From: Candidatus Zixiibacteriota bacterium
Lineage (GTDB): Bacteria > Zixibacteria > MSB-5A5 > GN15 > PGXB01
DNA: 64,000 bases
Direction: 5' to 3'
Assembly (NCBI GenBank): GCA_032123495.1
Contig: JAQBFG010000068.1
Coordinates: 4,168 to 68,167, forward strand
Position 1 is the stretch's first letter; every line of letters starts with the position of its first letter. Made by a program: the position numbers and the translations under genes. Shown here piece after piece: positions 36,525 to 45,202 of the stretch. The notes below the pieces were generated by a model. It saw only the letters and a list, made by a program, of their open reading frames with translations, was not told where the DNA came from and did not search any database.

Positions 36525-37082
36525 ATGTTTAAGCTATTAAAATCGATTTCATTACTATTTCTGCTTATCGGAATATTTTCATCATCAACCAACGCCTACG
36601 ATTTTCCGCAACGTAAAATAGAGGTCAAGCCGTATCTGAATTTGTTTTTCCCCAGTGATATCTGGGAAAGGGATTCTCAACCAAGTGTCGTCGAGAATAA
36701 AACATCTTTTGGATTGGGATTGAAATTAAGGACCCAGTTTTCAAATCAATTCGGATTTGTCTTAAACACAGCCTATAACAGATTTCAAGTTCCCGACGCT
36801 GTTTCAAATGAAGGTGTTATTCTGACTGCTGGCGGATATTATGAAAAATCATTTAATTTTGGTGAGATAACTTTTGATCTTGGCTACGGAATCATAATTG
36901 CAGCCGATGAAGTACTCGGCTTGCTGATGCCGAGCTTTGAATATAGCCGGCCAGTATCAGAGAGGATGTCTATTGCTCTTGAATTAGGCCTTCCGATTCC
37001 GAATGACTGGCCCAAAGATTTTGCGTACAAGGAGAAATTTGGCTCATTGACACTTTCGGTCGGAACAATATTTCTCTTTTAG
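36525..37082 (+). CDS. Small outer-membrane beta-barrel protein
   Basis: 185 aa with a signal peptide and alternating beta-strand pattern. It ends ...GTIFLF. Confidence 0.5.
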   Translation: MFKLLKSISLLFLLIGIFSSSTNAYDFPQRKIEVKPYLNLFFPSDIWERDSQPSVVENKTSFGLGLKLRTQFSNQFGFVLNTAYNRFQVPDAVSNEGVILTAGGYYEKSFNFGEITFDLGYGIIIAADEVLGLLMPSFEYSRPVSERMSIALELGLPIPNDWPKDFAYKEKFGSLTLSVGTIFLF

Positions 37083-37086
37083 ATAT

Positions 37087-38436
37087 CTATTTGCTGGAAA
37101 TATTGATCTGCTCCATAATATTGAAGGCCCGCATCCGGACTAAACTCTCCGTTTTATAACCTGGTGCATCAATATTTTCTTCGACTATCTTTATAATAGC
37201 CAGATTATAACTTCCCGTCTGACCGCCCAGCGGAGCCAGATCGGCGGCTGTCAGCGTCTCACTTCCATCGTTGGGCGTTTCTTTCCAGACGCCGGTCGAA
37301 TCGGTTCCATCCAATAATGTCAGCCAGATATTTCCATCGCATAAAGAACTTTCCCAGGTAACATTAAATCCGGTAATTGAAACCGTGTTGAATGATTCGG
37401 GTGAAACAATGCCAAGCGTACAAGCCGGGAAAGAAACATTTGTATTAAGATTGGGAACATCGGCATTGCCATAAATATCAATATCAACCTGTCCGCCATT
37501 ATTAATAAAAGGCATTGACCATTCGAAATAACTATAACTTTGAGTGCCGACACTCCAATCAAGTTTAGTATCTCCGACAAAAATCGAATCTGCCTGAAGC
37601 GGTTCAATCGGTGCCGCAAGCGCAGAACCGGTATCAAGACGGGCACGGATTTCTTCCATTAAATGATAACCTGAAGGTGTCAAGCGGACGTCGATTTCAA
37701 AAAATGCAAATATATTAGCTTCAACAGGATAATCGGTCGTAAACTCCCAAAGTGGACTTTCGATAGTATCAGTATCATAATATGCCTCCACCCGCCAATA
37801 GTAATTCGTTGCATAATCAAGGGTATCACTTAATAAATTATAATATGGGACATTCAATCCCGAAGCTAAAAGAGACGGATCGGTTGTTGCTCCCAAATAT
37901 ATATTAAAATCATATGGTGTAAGATCAGGATTATAAATCTCCCATGCAAAACTCGGATTAATACCTATTCCGACTTCTCCGCTGTCGGGAGTCGGTGAAT
38001 GAATATGTCCGGCATCCCATAATTCAGCGGCGGTTGTAAAGGTTCTGGTTTCCGATTCCGCTGTTGCATACACTTCATAATGATTGTCATACATACCTGC
38101 CCCGGCAGAAATATACCAACTATAAAGTGTTGATGGTTTCAAGGGTCCGATCTCCAACGTGCTGTCATCTTTTCCTACCGCAAAATCGCTATATAAAGTA
38201 AAACCACTTGAATCTCTCAGTAAATGTATCGATTGATTTTCACGCCTTGTAGTATGAATAAAGAGTGTTTTCCATTTCAAAGTTGTCATTGAAGTATGAA
38301 TAATTTCACCCTCTTCCGGCTCTAACAATATGAATTCAATATCGCCGCTGGGACAATTGATACAGCAATCACAACGAATAAAAAGCGCGGATATGAGTAT
38401 TAAGAATAAAATCATAATTTGTAATGACATTTTCAT
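37087..38436 (-). CDS. Hypothetical secreted protein or lipoprotein with Fn3/Ig-like modules
   Basis: 449 aa with a signal sequence and a Cys cluster (IRCDCCINCPSG). It contains Fn3-like stretches (LKWKT..., PSTLYSWYISAG, PSFAWEI...YYWRVEAYY...SPLWEFTT). Confidence 0.45.
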   Translation of the reverse strand: MKMSLQIMILFLILISALFIRCDCCINCPSGDIEFILLEPEEGEIIHTSMTTLKWKTLFIHTTRRENQSIHLLRDSSGFTLYSDFAVGKDDSTLEIGPLKPSTLYSWYISAGAGMYDNHYEVYATAESETRTFTTAAELWDAGHIHSPTPDSGEVGIGINPSFAWEIYNPDLTPYDFNIYLGATTDPSLLASGLNVPYYNLLSDTLDYATNYYWRVEAYYDTDTIESPLWEFTTDYPVEANIFAFFEIDVRLTPSGYHLMEEIRARLDTGSALAAPIEPLQADSIFVGDTKLDWSVGTQSYSYFEWSMPFINNGGQVDIDIYGNADVPNLNTNVSFPACTLGIVSPESFNTVSITGFNVTWESSLCDGNIWLTLLDGTDSTGVWKETPNDGSETLTAADLAPLGGQTGSYNLAIIKIVEENIDAPGYKTESLVRMRAFNIMEQINISSK

Positions 38437-38564
38437 TTTTGATTCTCCCAGATATTAAGATAATATTAAGTATAAAATCTCACCATTTAAATAGCAAGAA
38501 GTAACATCAACCAAAACATAAATTATTATTTGTGGCCGGTATTTAATTTTGATAAATTACCGTT

Positions 38565-40085
38565 ATGACAAAAAAGGTTTTATTTTCGATTTTGGTTTTC
38601 CTGATGTTTGTGACCCTGCTGGAAGTTTCAGCACGATTTTTTGAAACATCGCTGGTAAAATCTTCCGATAACAGTAAAAAAGATCGCGGCTGGCAAACCG
38701 AGTTTTTTAGTTCATATTTTGATTGGCACCAATCCGACCCTGACCTGTTATGGCGCTTTTTGCCAAATCTGGCCAATAAACTTATTCAGACCAACTCCGA
38801 AGGTATTCTTGGTGGAGAGATTCCCAAAAAGAAACGGGCAGAAACAATTCGCGTCCTGATACTTGGTGACTCCTCACCGGTTGGACTCGGTCTGGAAACG
38901 CGCGATCATGCTTTCGATTCGATATTAAAATATATGCTCAGGAACGAGTATCTCGGGAAGCGGAATTTCGAAGTTATCAATGGTGCCGTTTCCGGTTATA
39001 CCAGCGAACAGATAAGAAAATATCTGGAGATAAAAGGCCGCGAGTTGGAACCTGATATAATAATTCTGTACTGCGGCAATAACGACGCCTCAATCTCCGG
39101 ATATTACACCGATCGTGAAATTATGACAAGACAGCTGTTGAAAAAACCGCGCCGCTTCCTTTCAACTTTTGCCTTTTATCGGGTCTTAAGCAATTTTATT
39201 GCTTCTTTAAAAGAGACAGATGAGCATGCTGATACCGACAAAGAATTACAGGTCAGGGTACCGGCGGAGCAGTACGGCGAAAATCTGTCGGATATCGCTG
39301 ATTTATGTCATGAACTTGATTGCTCGCTTATCATTTTGAAGCCACCGGTCCCGCTTATATGGCCGGCCGGATTGCAGTTTAAGGTTTTCACTCACTTGAC
39401 CGGTGGTGATGGGGAACTGATTTTCCCGGAACAGATGTCAAATATTATAGGGAGAGAGTTATTGTATTGCGTTGACAACACTGAATTTTCGAAAATTTTT
39501 GGAACCGGTGATTTTTTTGCGGAACATGTTCTCGGCTCCGCTTATAATGATTCTATGCCTAATGAACAGGCGATCGAGTATTATTCAAATAAGCTTCTCA
39601 AAGATGAAAAAAATCATTTGCTGTATAACAACATGGGCGTCTCATTCTGGAAAAGCAGTCAATATTTTGAGGCAAATTACAGTTTTAAAGCTGCCCGCGC
39701 CTTGTATCTAAGTGAACATAAAAAAGACAGCAGCCTTATAATATCAGCTGCCGGTGTCCCATATCTTTATAATATTGGAGTTAATCTGATATCACAATCG
39801 GGCAAAGGTATCGAAATTCTAAAAGATTCTTCACAAGCTGCCTTTGCTTATCTTGATTCGGCCCTGCAGTATGATTATTTTTCACTACGGATAAAAAATG
39901 CTTACCTGCAACAGATAGACCAATTATCCGAATATGAGAATGTAACAGTGATAGATCTTCCGACGATATTCAGAGAGCAGGGCGGCGAAAAACTATTTGT
40001 CGATCATTGTCATCCGACTTTTAAGGGACATTATATTATTGCTGAAGAGATATTAAAAATCTTCAAATCAGAATTTCGATTATAA
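38565..40085 (+). CDS. SGNH/GDSL-type hydrolase-domain protein with an inserted helical (TPR-like) region
   Basis: 506 aa with an N-terminal TM or signal. Block I is ILGDSSPVG, block III is YCGNNDA, and block V is near the C-terminus (VDHCHP). Confidence 0.6.
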   Translation: MTKKVLFSILVFLMFVTLLEVSARFFETSLVKSSDNSKKDRGWQTEFFSSYFDWHQSDPDLLWRFLPNLANKLIQTNSEGILGGEIPKKKRAETIRVLILGDSSPVGLGLETRDHAFDSILKYMLRNEYLGKRNFEVINGAVSGYTSEQIRKYLEIKGRELEPDIIILYCGNNDASISGYYTDREIMTRQLLKKPRRFLSTFAFYRVLSNFIASLKETDEHADTDKELQVRVPAEQYGENLSDIADLCHELDCSLIILKPPVPLIWPAGLQFKVFTHLTGGDGELIFPEQMSNIIGRELLYCVDNTEFSKIFGTGDFFAEHVLGSAYNDSMPNEQAIEYYSNKLLKDEKNHLLYNNMGVSFWKSSQYFEANYSFKAARALYLSEHKKDSSLIISAAGVPYLYNIGVNLISQSGKGIEILKDSSQAAFAYLDSALQYDYFSLRIKNAYLQQIDQLSEYENVTVIDLPTIFREQGGEKLFVDHCHPTFKGHYIIAEEILKIFKSEFRL

Positions 40086-40130
40086 TCAGCAGGTCGAAAT
40101 CCCACAGGGTTTAGATATTTGTAATATATT

Positions 40131-40164
40131 GGGGTAGCCCACCGCTCGCGGTGGGTTTCTTATT
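40131..40164 (+). terminator. Hairpin of the GTARCCCACC...GGTGGG family plus a T-rich tail (likely terminator of the SGNH gene)
   Basis: GGGGTAGCCCACCG-CTCG-CGGTGGG followed by TTTCTTATT. The first 16 nt are identical to 49893-49908. Confidence 0.5.
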
Positions 40165-40225
40165 GCAAAAAAATCCCTCACGTCATCTTACAACTTTGTA
40201 CGCGGCAGGTAATCGCCCACAATAT

Positions 40226-40254
40226 TTGACAAAACTATAGATTTATGCTATATT
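40226..40254 (+). promoter_or_regulatory. Sigma70-like promoter candidate for the PorV/FadL-like OMP gene
   Basis: TTGACA (40226-40231), a 17-nt spacer, then TATATT (40249-40254), 19 nt before the ATG at 40273. Confidence 0.4.
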
Positions 40255-40272
40255 GGCATTGGATTACAGTAT

Positions 40273-41574
40273 ATGATTAAAAAAGCAAAACACTTCATTT
40301 GGATTATCTTTGTAATAGCGTATTTCTGCGTAAGTCCTTGCCATGCACAACATATTGATTTTCTTAGACTTGTTAATTCCCCCAGAGCGATTGGAATGGG
40401 CGAATGTTCAGTAAATAATATCGATCAATTGTCGGCGATTTACAATCCGGGTGCATTGGGTTTATTTCATATGCAAAGGCGGTTTGGTATTGTAATCCCA
40501 AATAGCACTCAAATATTGAAAGAGGCCGACTACGATTTGCATTTAAGATCTTCCAGCTACAGTGCCAGGTTATATGGAATCAATCTAAATAAAAACAAGG
40601 TAAATAAATTTGGCACCGCTATAAGCCTATCATATTCACATATTAAGCTTAGCTATACCAGTTCAACAGTGCCATATTCGATATATGGCCCATTAAAATA
40701 TTATTACAATTCACATCAATTTACAGTGGCACTTGGTGTGAAATATTATCTTAATTTTGGAATTGGACTAACATTGAAGAAGCAATACTTTGAAGAGAAG
40801 CCTTATTCGGATTTCATGAAACCAGGCGATGAAAATCAGTTTGACTACGGATTTATACTTGAAGCACCGGTAGGCAAATTAATTAATCATTTTTTTAAAT
40901 TTGATATTTCACAAATTGGCAAAGTTGGTATTGAAATAAATGCATCGTATGCCTTTTTCAAACCCGAAAAGTATAACTCCAGCATGAATTACTTTGGTGA
41001 CACTACAGATTATGCTTATTTATTTTCAACTTCCAATAATAATACTAATTTTGATAGAAGCGGATATTCAATAAAAGGAGATATCGAATATGCAAATAAT
41101 CATCTGTTATCAATTGCCATAACAGGTGAAATAGAGAATTTTCTGGCTAATCGGAGAATTTATGGACCGCCACCTCATGATTACAACTCCCTTGGCACCG
41201 ATTATTATTTTTGGGTTGGAAATGATAAAATCAAAAAAAGAGGATACGAATTAGGATTAGGCAATTTTGTATTTTTTCGCTGGGGTAAATACAAAATTTA
41301 CACAGGAAATATTTCGGTTTCAACTGTTGGTCTGGGAATCAATTTATCGGCGATGTTTAAATGGCTAAAACCCAAGGACAAAAATATAAAAGGGAAATTA
41401 CTTCGCTATCTTTATAACAACCTTGATATAAGATTTGATATGGCCAAGTACGATCGGCCCGTGCTATCCCATAATTTTATTTTAAGATTAGGCTATGATC
41501 CCATTACTGCTATTGGGTACTGGTGGAGAGTAAAATCATCTGTTAAGACATTATCACTTAATCTAGCATTTTAG
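40273..41574 (+). CDS. Outer-membrane beta-barrel protein, PorV/PorQ- or FadL-like
   Basis: 433 aa with a signal peptide. The N-terminal SPRAIGMGECSVNNIDQLSAIYNPGALG matches the ..RA.GMGGA..A..DD.SA...NPAGL. motif shared by the PorV/FadL families. It is Y/N-rich with alternating strands and ends ...LNLAF. Confidence 0.5.
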   Translation: MIKKAKHFIWIIFVIAYFCVSPCHAQHIDFLRLVNSPRAIGMGECSVNNIDQLSAIYNPGALGLFHMQRRFGIVIPNSTQILKEADYDLHLRSSSYSARLYGINLNKNKVNKFGTAISLSYSHIKLSYTSSTVPYSIYGPLKYYYNSHQFTVALGVKYYLNFGIGLTLKKQYFEEKPYSDFMKPGDENQFDYGFILEAPVGKLINHFFKFDISQIGKVGIEINASYAFFKPEKYNSSMNYFGDTTDYAYLFSTSNNNTNFDRSGYSIKGDIEYANNHLLSIAITGEIENFLANRRIYGPPPHDYNSLGTDYYFWVGNDKIKKRGYELGLGNFVFFRWGKYKIYTGNISVSTVGLGINLSAMFKWLKPKDKNIKGKLLRYLYNNLDIRFDMAKYDRPVLSHNFILRLGYDPITAIGYWWRVKSSVKTLSLNLAF

Positions 41575-41586
41575 TATAAAAGAATT

Positions 41587-41607
41587 CCCACCCGTTGGGT
41601 GGGTTAC
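41587..41607 (-). repeat. Member of the GTARCCCACC...GGTGGG hairpin family (reverse orientation), 30 nt after the GH57 stop
   Basis: The - strand reads GTAACCCACCC-AAC-GGGTGGG followed by AATTCTTTTA. It lies between convergent genes. Confidence 0.5.
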
Positions 41608-41636
41608 AAATTTTACCTACACAACGTCTAATTAAA

Positions 41637-43826
41637 TCATTGCCCGGCAGTAACAATTTGATTTTGGTCGACAAGAAACCGGGGCGGCATTGTTTTTGGA
41701 TTTCCGGCAAAAAGTAAGAAACTGATCTCAGTCGGCTCACCTTTTTTCAACAACAAGTTAAACAAATGAATCAACGAAGTTCCCTGATACACCTTTTCAA
41801 ACCCGCCTTCTGAAAGTGAGACGGTATTGATCGGACCCTGCCAGACTTCGGCGGTTTTATCAACCATCATCGCAACCGCAAATTTGCGCCAGTCATCCTG
41901 CATGATAATACTATGGTTTTTCGGACGCACCACAGTGGCATCGAGATAACCATCGCCGATTTTTTGCCCGTTAAAAAGAATGTACCTATCGTCGGCATGT
42001 CCCGCCTGGAAATTAAAATTGTTTTCAACCGCAAAACGGACATCGCTGATATCTTCGTTTAAAGCGGTCAGACAATAATTTACCGAAATCGCTTCTGAAT
42101 CCAAACTGAAATGATACCGCTTATCGATTCTGATCGCTTTGAATATATTGTTCTGCTGAAAATGACCAAAACGGCGCAGATCGATTATTCCGGGCGCACT
42201 ATCTTTAACATGCTGATATGGTTCCAGCACAAAATTACCGCTATCGAAAAATTTCGCTGACAGAAAATTATCTATATTAACATCATTGCCCAAAAAGTGA
42301 TCAATAAAACAGCGTCTCAAATACCAATCCTCGGCCAAAATATTTTCCAGTCCTGATTCTTTGGCTTTCATCGAATCATGAATTGAATTTGAACCGTTTT
42401 CGTTTTCGATACCATCTATGACAGCCGATGACAGTTTTCGATGATACCCCTCTTTCCGTCGATTGAGAATGTCGGTCGGGTTAAAATTGCTTTCAAGACA
42501 ATTAAGTTCCACCATACTGCCACCGGTGGATGGTTTAATGACCGAAATAAATTTATTGGTCGTTACGGTTATTTCATCAAAACCATCGCAGTCGTAATCG
42601 GAAACTTCGGTTTTGGTATCATCGCGGGGTAATTCACTTATCAGTTTTTCCGCACCGATCAGATTTTCAAAAATAGCCGATCGCAGATGCGGAAGATACA
42701 AACCGCCAAAAACACCGTGCCAATAAGCGCAGTTGCACTGTCCGGCATAGAGTTGTTCACGGGCTTCATTGATAGTTTCAAAATTATCGGGATTTGTCTT
42801 TTCGTATTCTGACAGTTTTGCTGAAACCGATAGCATTCTTTTGTGCATCAAATTTGATTCGGGATATTTACCTAAAAATCCGCGCCAGTGTCCGCCGCGA
42901 ACAAAACGACCATACTCTGTGATCTTACCGCTGTCTTTCAGCCAATTTTCAAAATCTTCAAATTCAACATAAGCTTTGGGGGGTAATGACCAGTGCAGCA
43001 TCTCGGCATATGAGGCCGATTGCAGATAGGCTCGCCCAACCGGCTCGGTTATCGCTGCTTCACCAAGCGGACAAACTTCAAGCCAGTCGTTATTATATTC
43101 GAGTGCCGCAAATAACTCCTCAAGCCATTTTTCTGTATAACAATGCTGAAAAGTTCCGGGCCAACTGCCGAATTTTTCGCCGTCATCGGCATAGATCGCC
43201 ATTCCTTCAGGATTAATTTCGGCCTGTTTTTTAAGTTCGTTGATAACCTCTTCAATCTTACCGAAAGGAATTAAATAACGAAGTTTTTTCTGTATCGGCA
43301 AAAGCTTGATTTGATAACCTTCTTCTTCGGTAACAAAAACACCCTTTAAATCTTCATGCTGAAATCCGGCATAAAGAAAATGAGTATCATCGATCGGCAA
43401 ATATTGGACACCGGATTGTTTCAATGTTTTGGGAAGATGCGGCTCCCAGACCCGTTCGGTTAACCATAATCCGGTCGGTTCGACATTAAATTTATTTTTC
43501 AGATATTTATTGAGAAGTTCTATCTGTCCTTTTTTATCACGGTCAGGAATTGAGGGTAAAATCGGCTCATAAAAACCGCCGGTCATCAGCTCAATACGTT
43601 TTTGATCAACCAGTTTTTTCACCATCTGCAGATATTCAGGATGGTTTTCTTCCTGCCAGTTCCAGAGAATCCCTGATTGATGCAGCGACAAACGGATATT
43701 TTCATACTGCTGAAGCAGTTTGATAAACGGCGAATAGGCCTGATTATGTGCTTCTTCAAAAATATGATCAAAATTGCCGACCGGCTGATGATTATGAAGT
43801 CCTATTGCTAACCTGAATTTCCCCAT
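41637..43826 (-). CDS. GH57-family alpha-amylase / 4-alpha-glucanotransferase-type enzyme
   Basis: 729 aa. The N-terminus LAIGLHNHQPVGNF is characteristic of GH57, together with ...GRIELMTGGFYEPIL..., WLTERVWEP and the long DUF1925/1926-like C-terminal region. Confidence 0.82.
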   Translation of the reverse strand: MGKFRLAIGLHNHQPVGNFDHIFEEAHNQAYSPFIKLLQQYENIRLSLHQSGILWNWQEENHPEYLQMVKKLVDQKRIELMTGGFYEPILPSIPDRDKKGQIELLNKYLKNKFNVEPTGLWLTERVWEPHLPKTLKQSGVQYLPIDDTHFLYAGFQHEDLKGVFVTEEEGYQIKLLPIQKKLRYLIPFGKIEEVINELKKQAEINPEGMAIYADDGEKFGSWPGTFQHCYTEKWLEELFAALEYNNDWLEVCPLGEAAITEPVGRAYLQSASYAEMLHWSLPPKAYVEFEDFENWLKDSGKITEYGRFVRGGHWRGFLGKYPESNLMHKRMLSVSAKLSEYEKTNPDNFETINEAREQLYAGQCNCAYWHGVFGGLYLPHLRSAIFENLIGAEKLISELPRDDTKTEVSDYDCDGFDEITVTTNKFISVIKPSTGGSMVELNCLESNFNPTDILNRRKEGYHRKLSSAVIDGIENENGSNSIHDSMKAKESGLENILAEDWYLRRCFIDHFLGNDVNIDNFLSAKFFDSGNFVLEPYQHVKDSAPGIIDLRRFGHFQQNNIFKAIRIDKRYHFSLDSEAISVNYCLTALNEDISDVRFAVENNFNFQAGHADDRYILFNGQKIGDGYLDATVVRPKNHSIIMQDDWRKFAVAMMVDKTAEVWQGPINTVSLSEGGFEKVYQGTSLIHLFNLLLKKGEPTEISFLLFAGNPKTMPPRFLVDQNQIVTAGQ

Positions 43827-43842
43827 TGTTTTCCTATCGCAA

Positions 43843-44751
43843 TCAGTTAATCTGTTCGAGCGAATTATAAATCGTCACATAGTTTTCGTATCGGAACTTT
43901 GGAATCAGACCTTTATCAACCGCATCCTTTATAACACAATCAGGTTCGTGAGTATGACTGCAGCCAGTAAAACGACATTGATCCAGATACTCTTCCATCT
44001 CTTTATAATAATAAGGCAGATCTTCCTGTTTAAGTTCCCACAATCTTAATATTTTTATTCCCGGGCTATCAACCACAAAACCGCCTCCGGGAATTTCATA
44101 CATCTCGATGGCTGAAGTAGTATGAACCCCCTTATCGCTGTATTTGGAAACCTCTTTGACCTTTATATTTAAACCGGGAACCAGTCTGTTTAAAATTGTC
44201 GATTTGCCAACACCGGAATGTCCGGCAAAAATCGTCCGCTCATCTTTGAGAATTTTCCTCAGTTCGTCAAACGATTCACCGGTTTCGGCTGAGACAAAAA
44301 TAATCGGAACATCGATTTTGCTGTAAGCCTTTTCAAGTTCATCGGCCATTTCGGGGCGACCGAGATCGCTTTTGTTGACAATAACAATCGGTTTCAAATC
44401 ACCCATTTCGGCGGCAATAATAAAACGGTCGATCAATCCCGGTTTTAATGGTGGGTTTTGTGATGAAACAATTATTCCGAGTTGGCTGATATTGGCGGCA
44501 ATAACCTGCCTCTTGGTATCGCTGGTTTTGGCCGGACGAGCAAACATGGTTCGTCGTTCGGCAACTTTTTCAATAACACCCGACCCATCGGCAGCAATCA
44601 GGATTTCGACATCATCGCCGACCGCAACCGGCGTAATTTGAGCAGTTCCGTATTTTAACCGCCCCCTGATTTCGCATGGAATATTCCGGCCATTGCTACG
44701 AACTGTAAACGACTTCCCATGTCCACGGATAACAATCCCTTTATCCGTCAT
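43843..44751 (-). CDS. rsgA: Ribosome small-subunit-dependent GTPase A
   Basis: 302 aa with an OB-fold N-terminus. It has circularly permuted GTPase motifs (IVNKSDL, GHSGVGKSTILNRL) and the C-terminal Zn motif CRFTGCSHTHEPDC. Confidence 0.9.
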   Translation of the reverse strand: MTDKGIVIRGHGKSFTVRSNGRNIPCEIRGRLKYGTAQITPVAVGDDVEILIAADGSGVIEKVAERRTMFARPAKTSDTKRQVIAANISQLGIIVSSQNPPLKPGLIDRFIIAAEMGDLKPIVIVNKSDLGRPEMADELEKAYSKIDVPIIFVSAETGESFDELRKILKDERTIFAGHSGVGKSTILNRLVPGLNIKVKEVSKYSDKGVHTTSAIEMYEIPGGGFVVDSPGIKILRLWELKQEDLPYYYKEMEEYLDQCRFTGCSHTHEPDCVIKDAVDKGLIPKFRYENYVTIYNSLEQIN

Positions 44752-44977
44752 CTAAATCGTACTCATCCTCCACAAGAAATTCCTGCCAATCAATGCGATT
44801 TTTCTTCTTTTCTTTTCTGATCCGGCGAGAGTTTTCCTCATCATAATCCGACAGGCGGCTTTTTTTACTTTTACCGGACCAGCTATTAGCCTGACGTTTG
44901 CGTGTTTTATCCCACGCCTTTTTTGATCTTTTTTGTGTTTCTTCTTGTTCCATAAATATACTTTTGAAATTATTCAA
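44741..44977 (-). CDS. Small highly charged hypothetical protein (possible; start may be M9)
   Basis: 78 aa with a K/R-rich core and an acidic tail (VEDEYDLDDG). Its stop overlaps the rsgA start by 11 nt. No homology recognised. Confidence 0.35.
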   Translation of the reverse strand: MNNFKSIFMEQEETQKRSKKAWDKTRKRQANSWSGKSKKSRLSDYDEENSRRIRKEKKKNRIDWQEFLVEDEYDLDDG

Positions 44978-45202
44978 CCATAGATATTTAATATATCGGT
45001 ATCTGTCTTTTCAATTTTAGTAAAATATTCTGCCAATTATTCAAATATTAAGTCTGTAATCAAATAAGCCTTATTTATATTATAAACAAATATAATATAA
45101 AAACGGTTCCAACACAATAATATTTTATATTGTTGATGATATCATATTGAAACTTTATATTAGTTTACCAATAAAATAGAAAAACAAAAGGTGAAATAAA
45201 TA

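Noticed and set aside
37078-37092. The 10-bp palindrome TAGATATCTA at the junction of convergent genes 36525..37082 and 37087..38436
   Set aside because: It is formed by the two facing stop codons (TAG and, on the complement, TAG) around ATAT. It is too short and AT-rich to be a meaningful structure.
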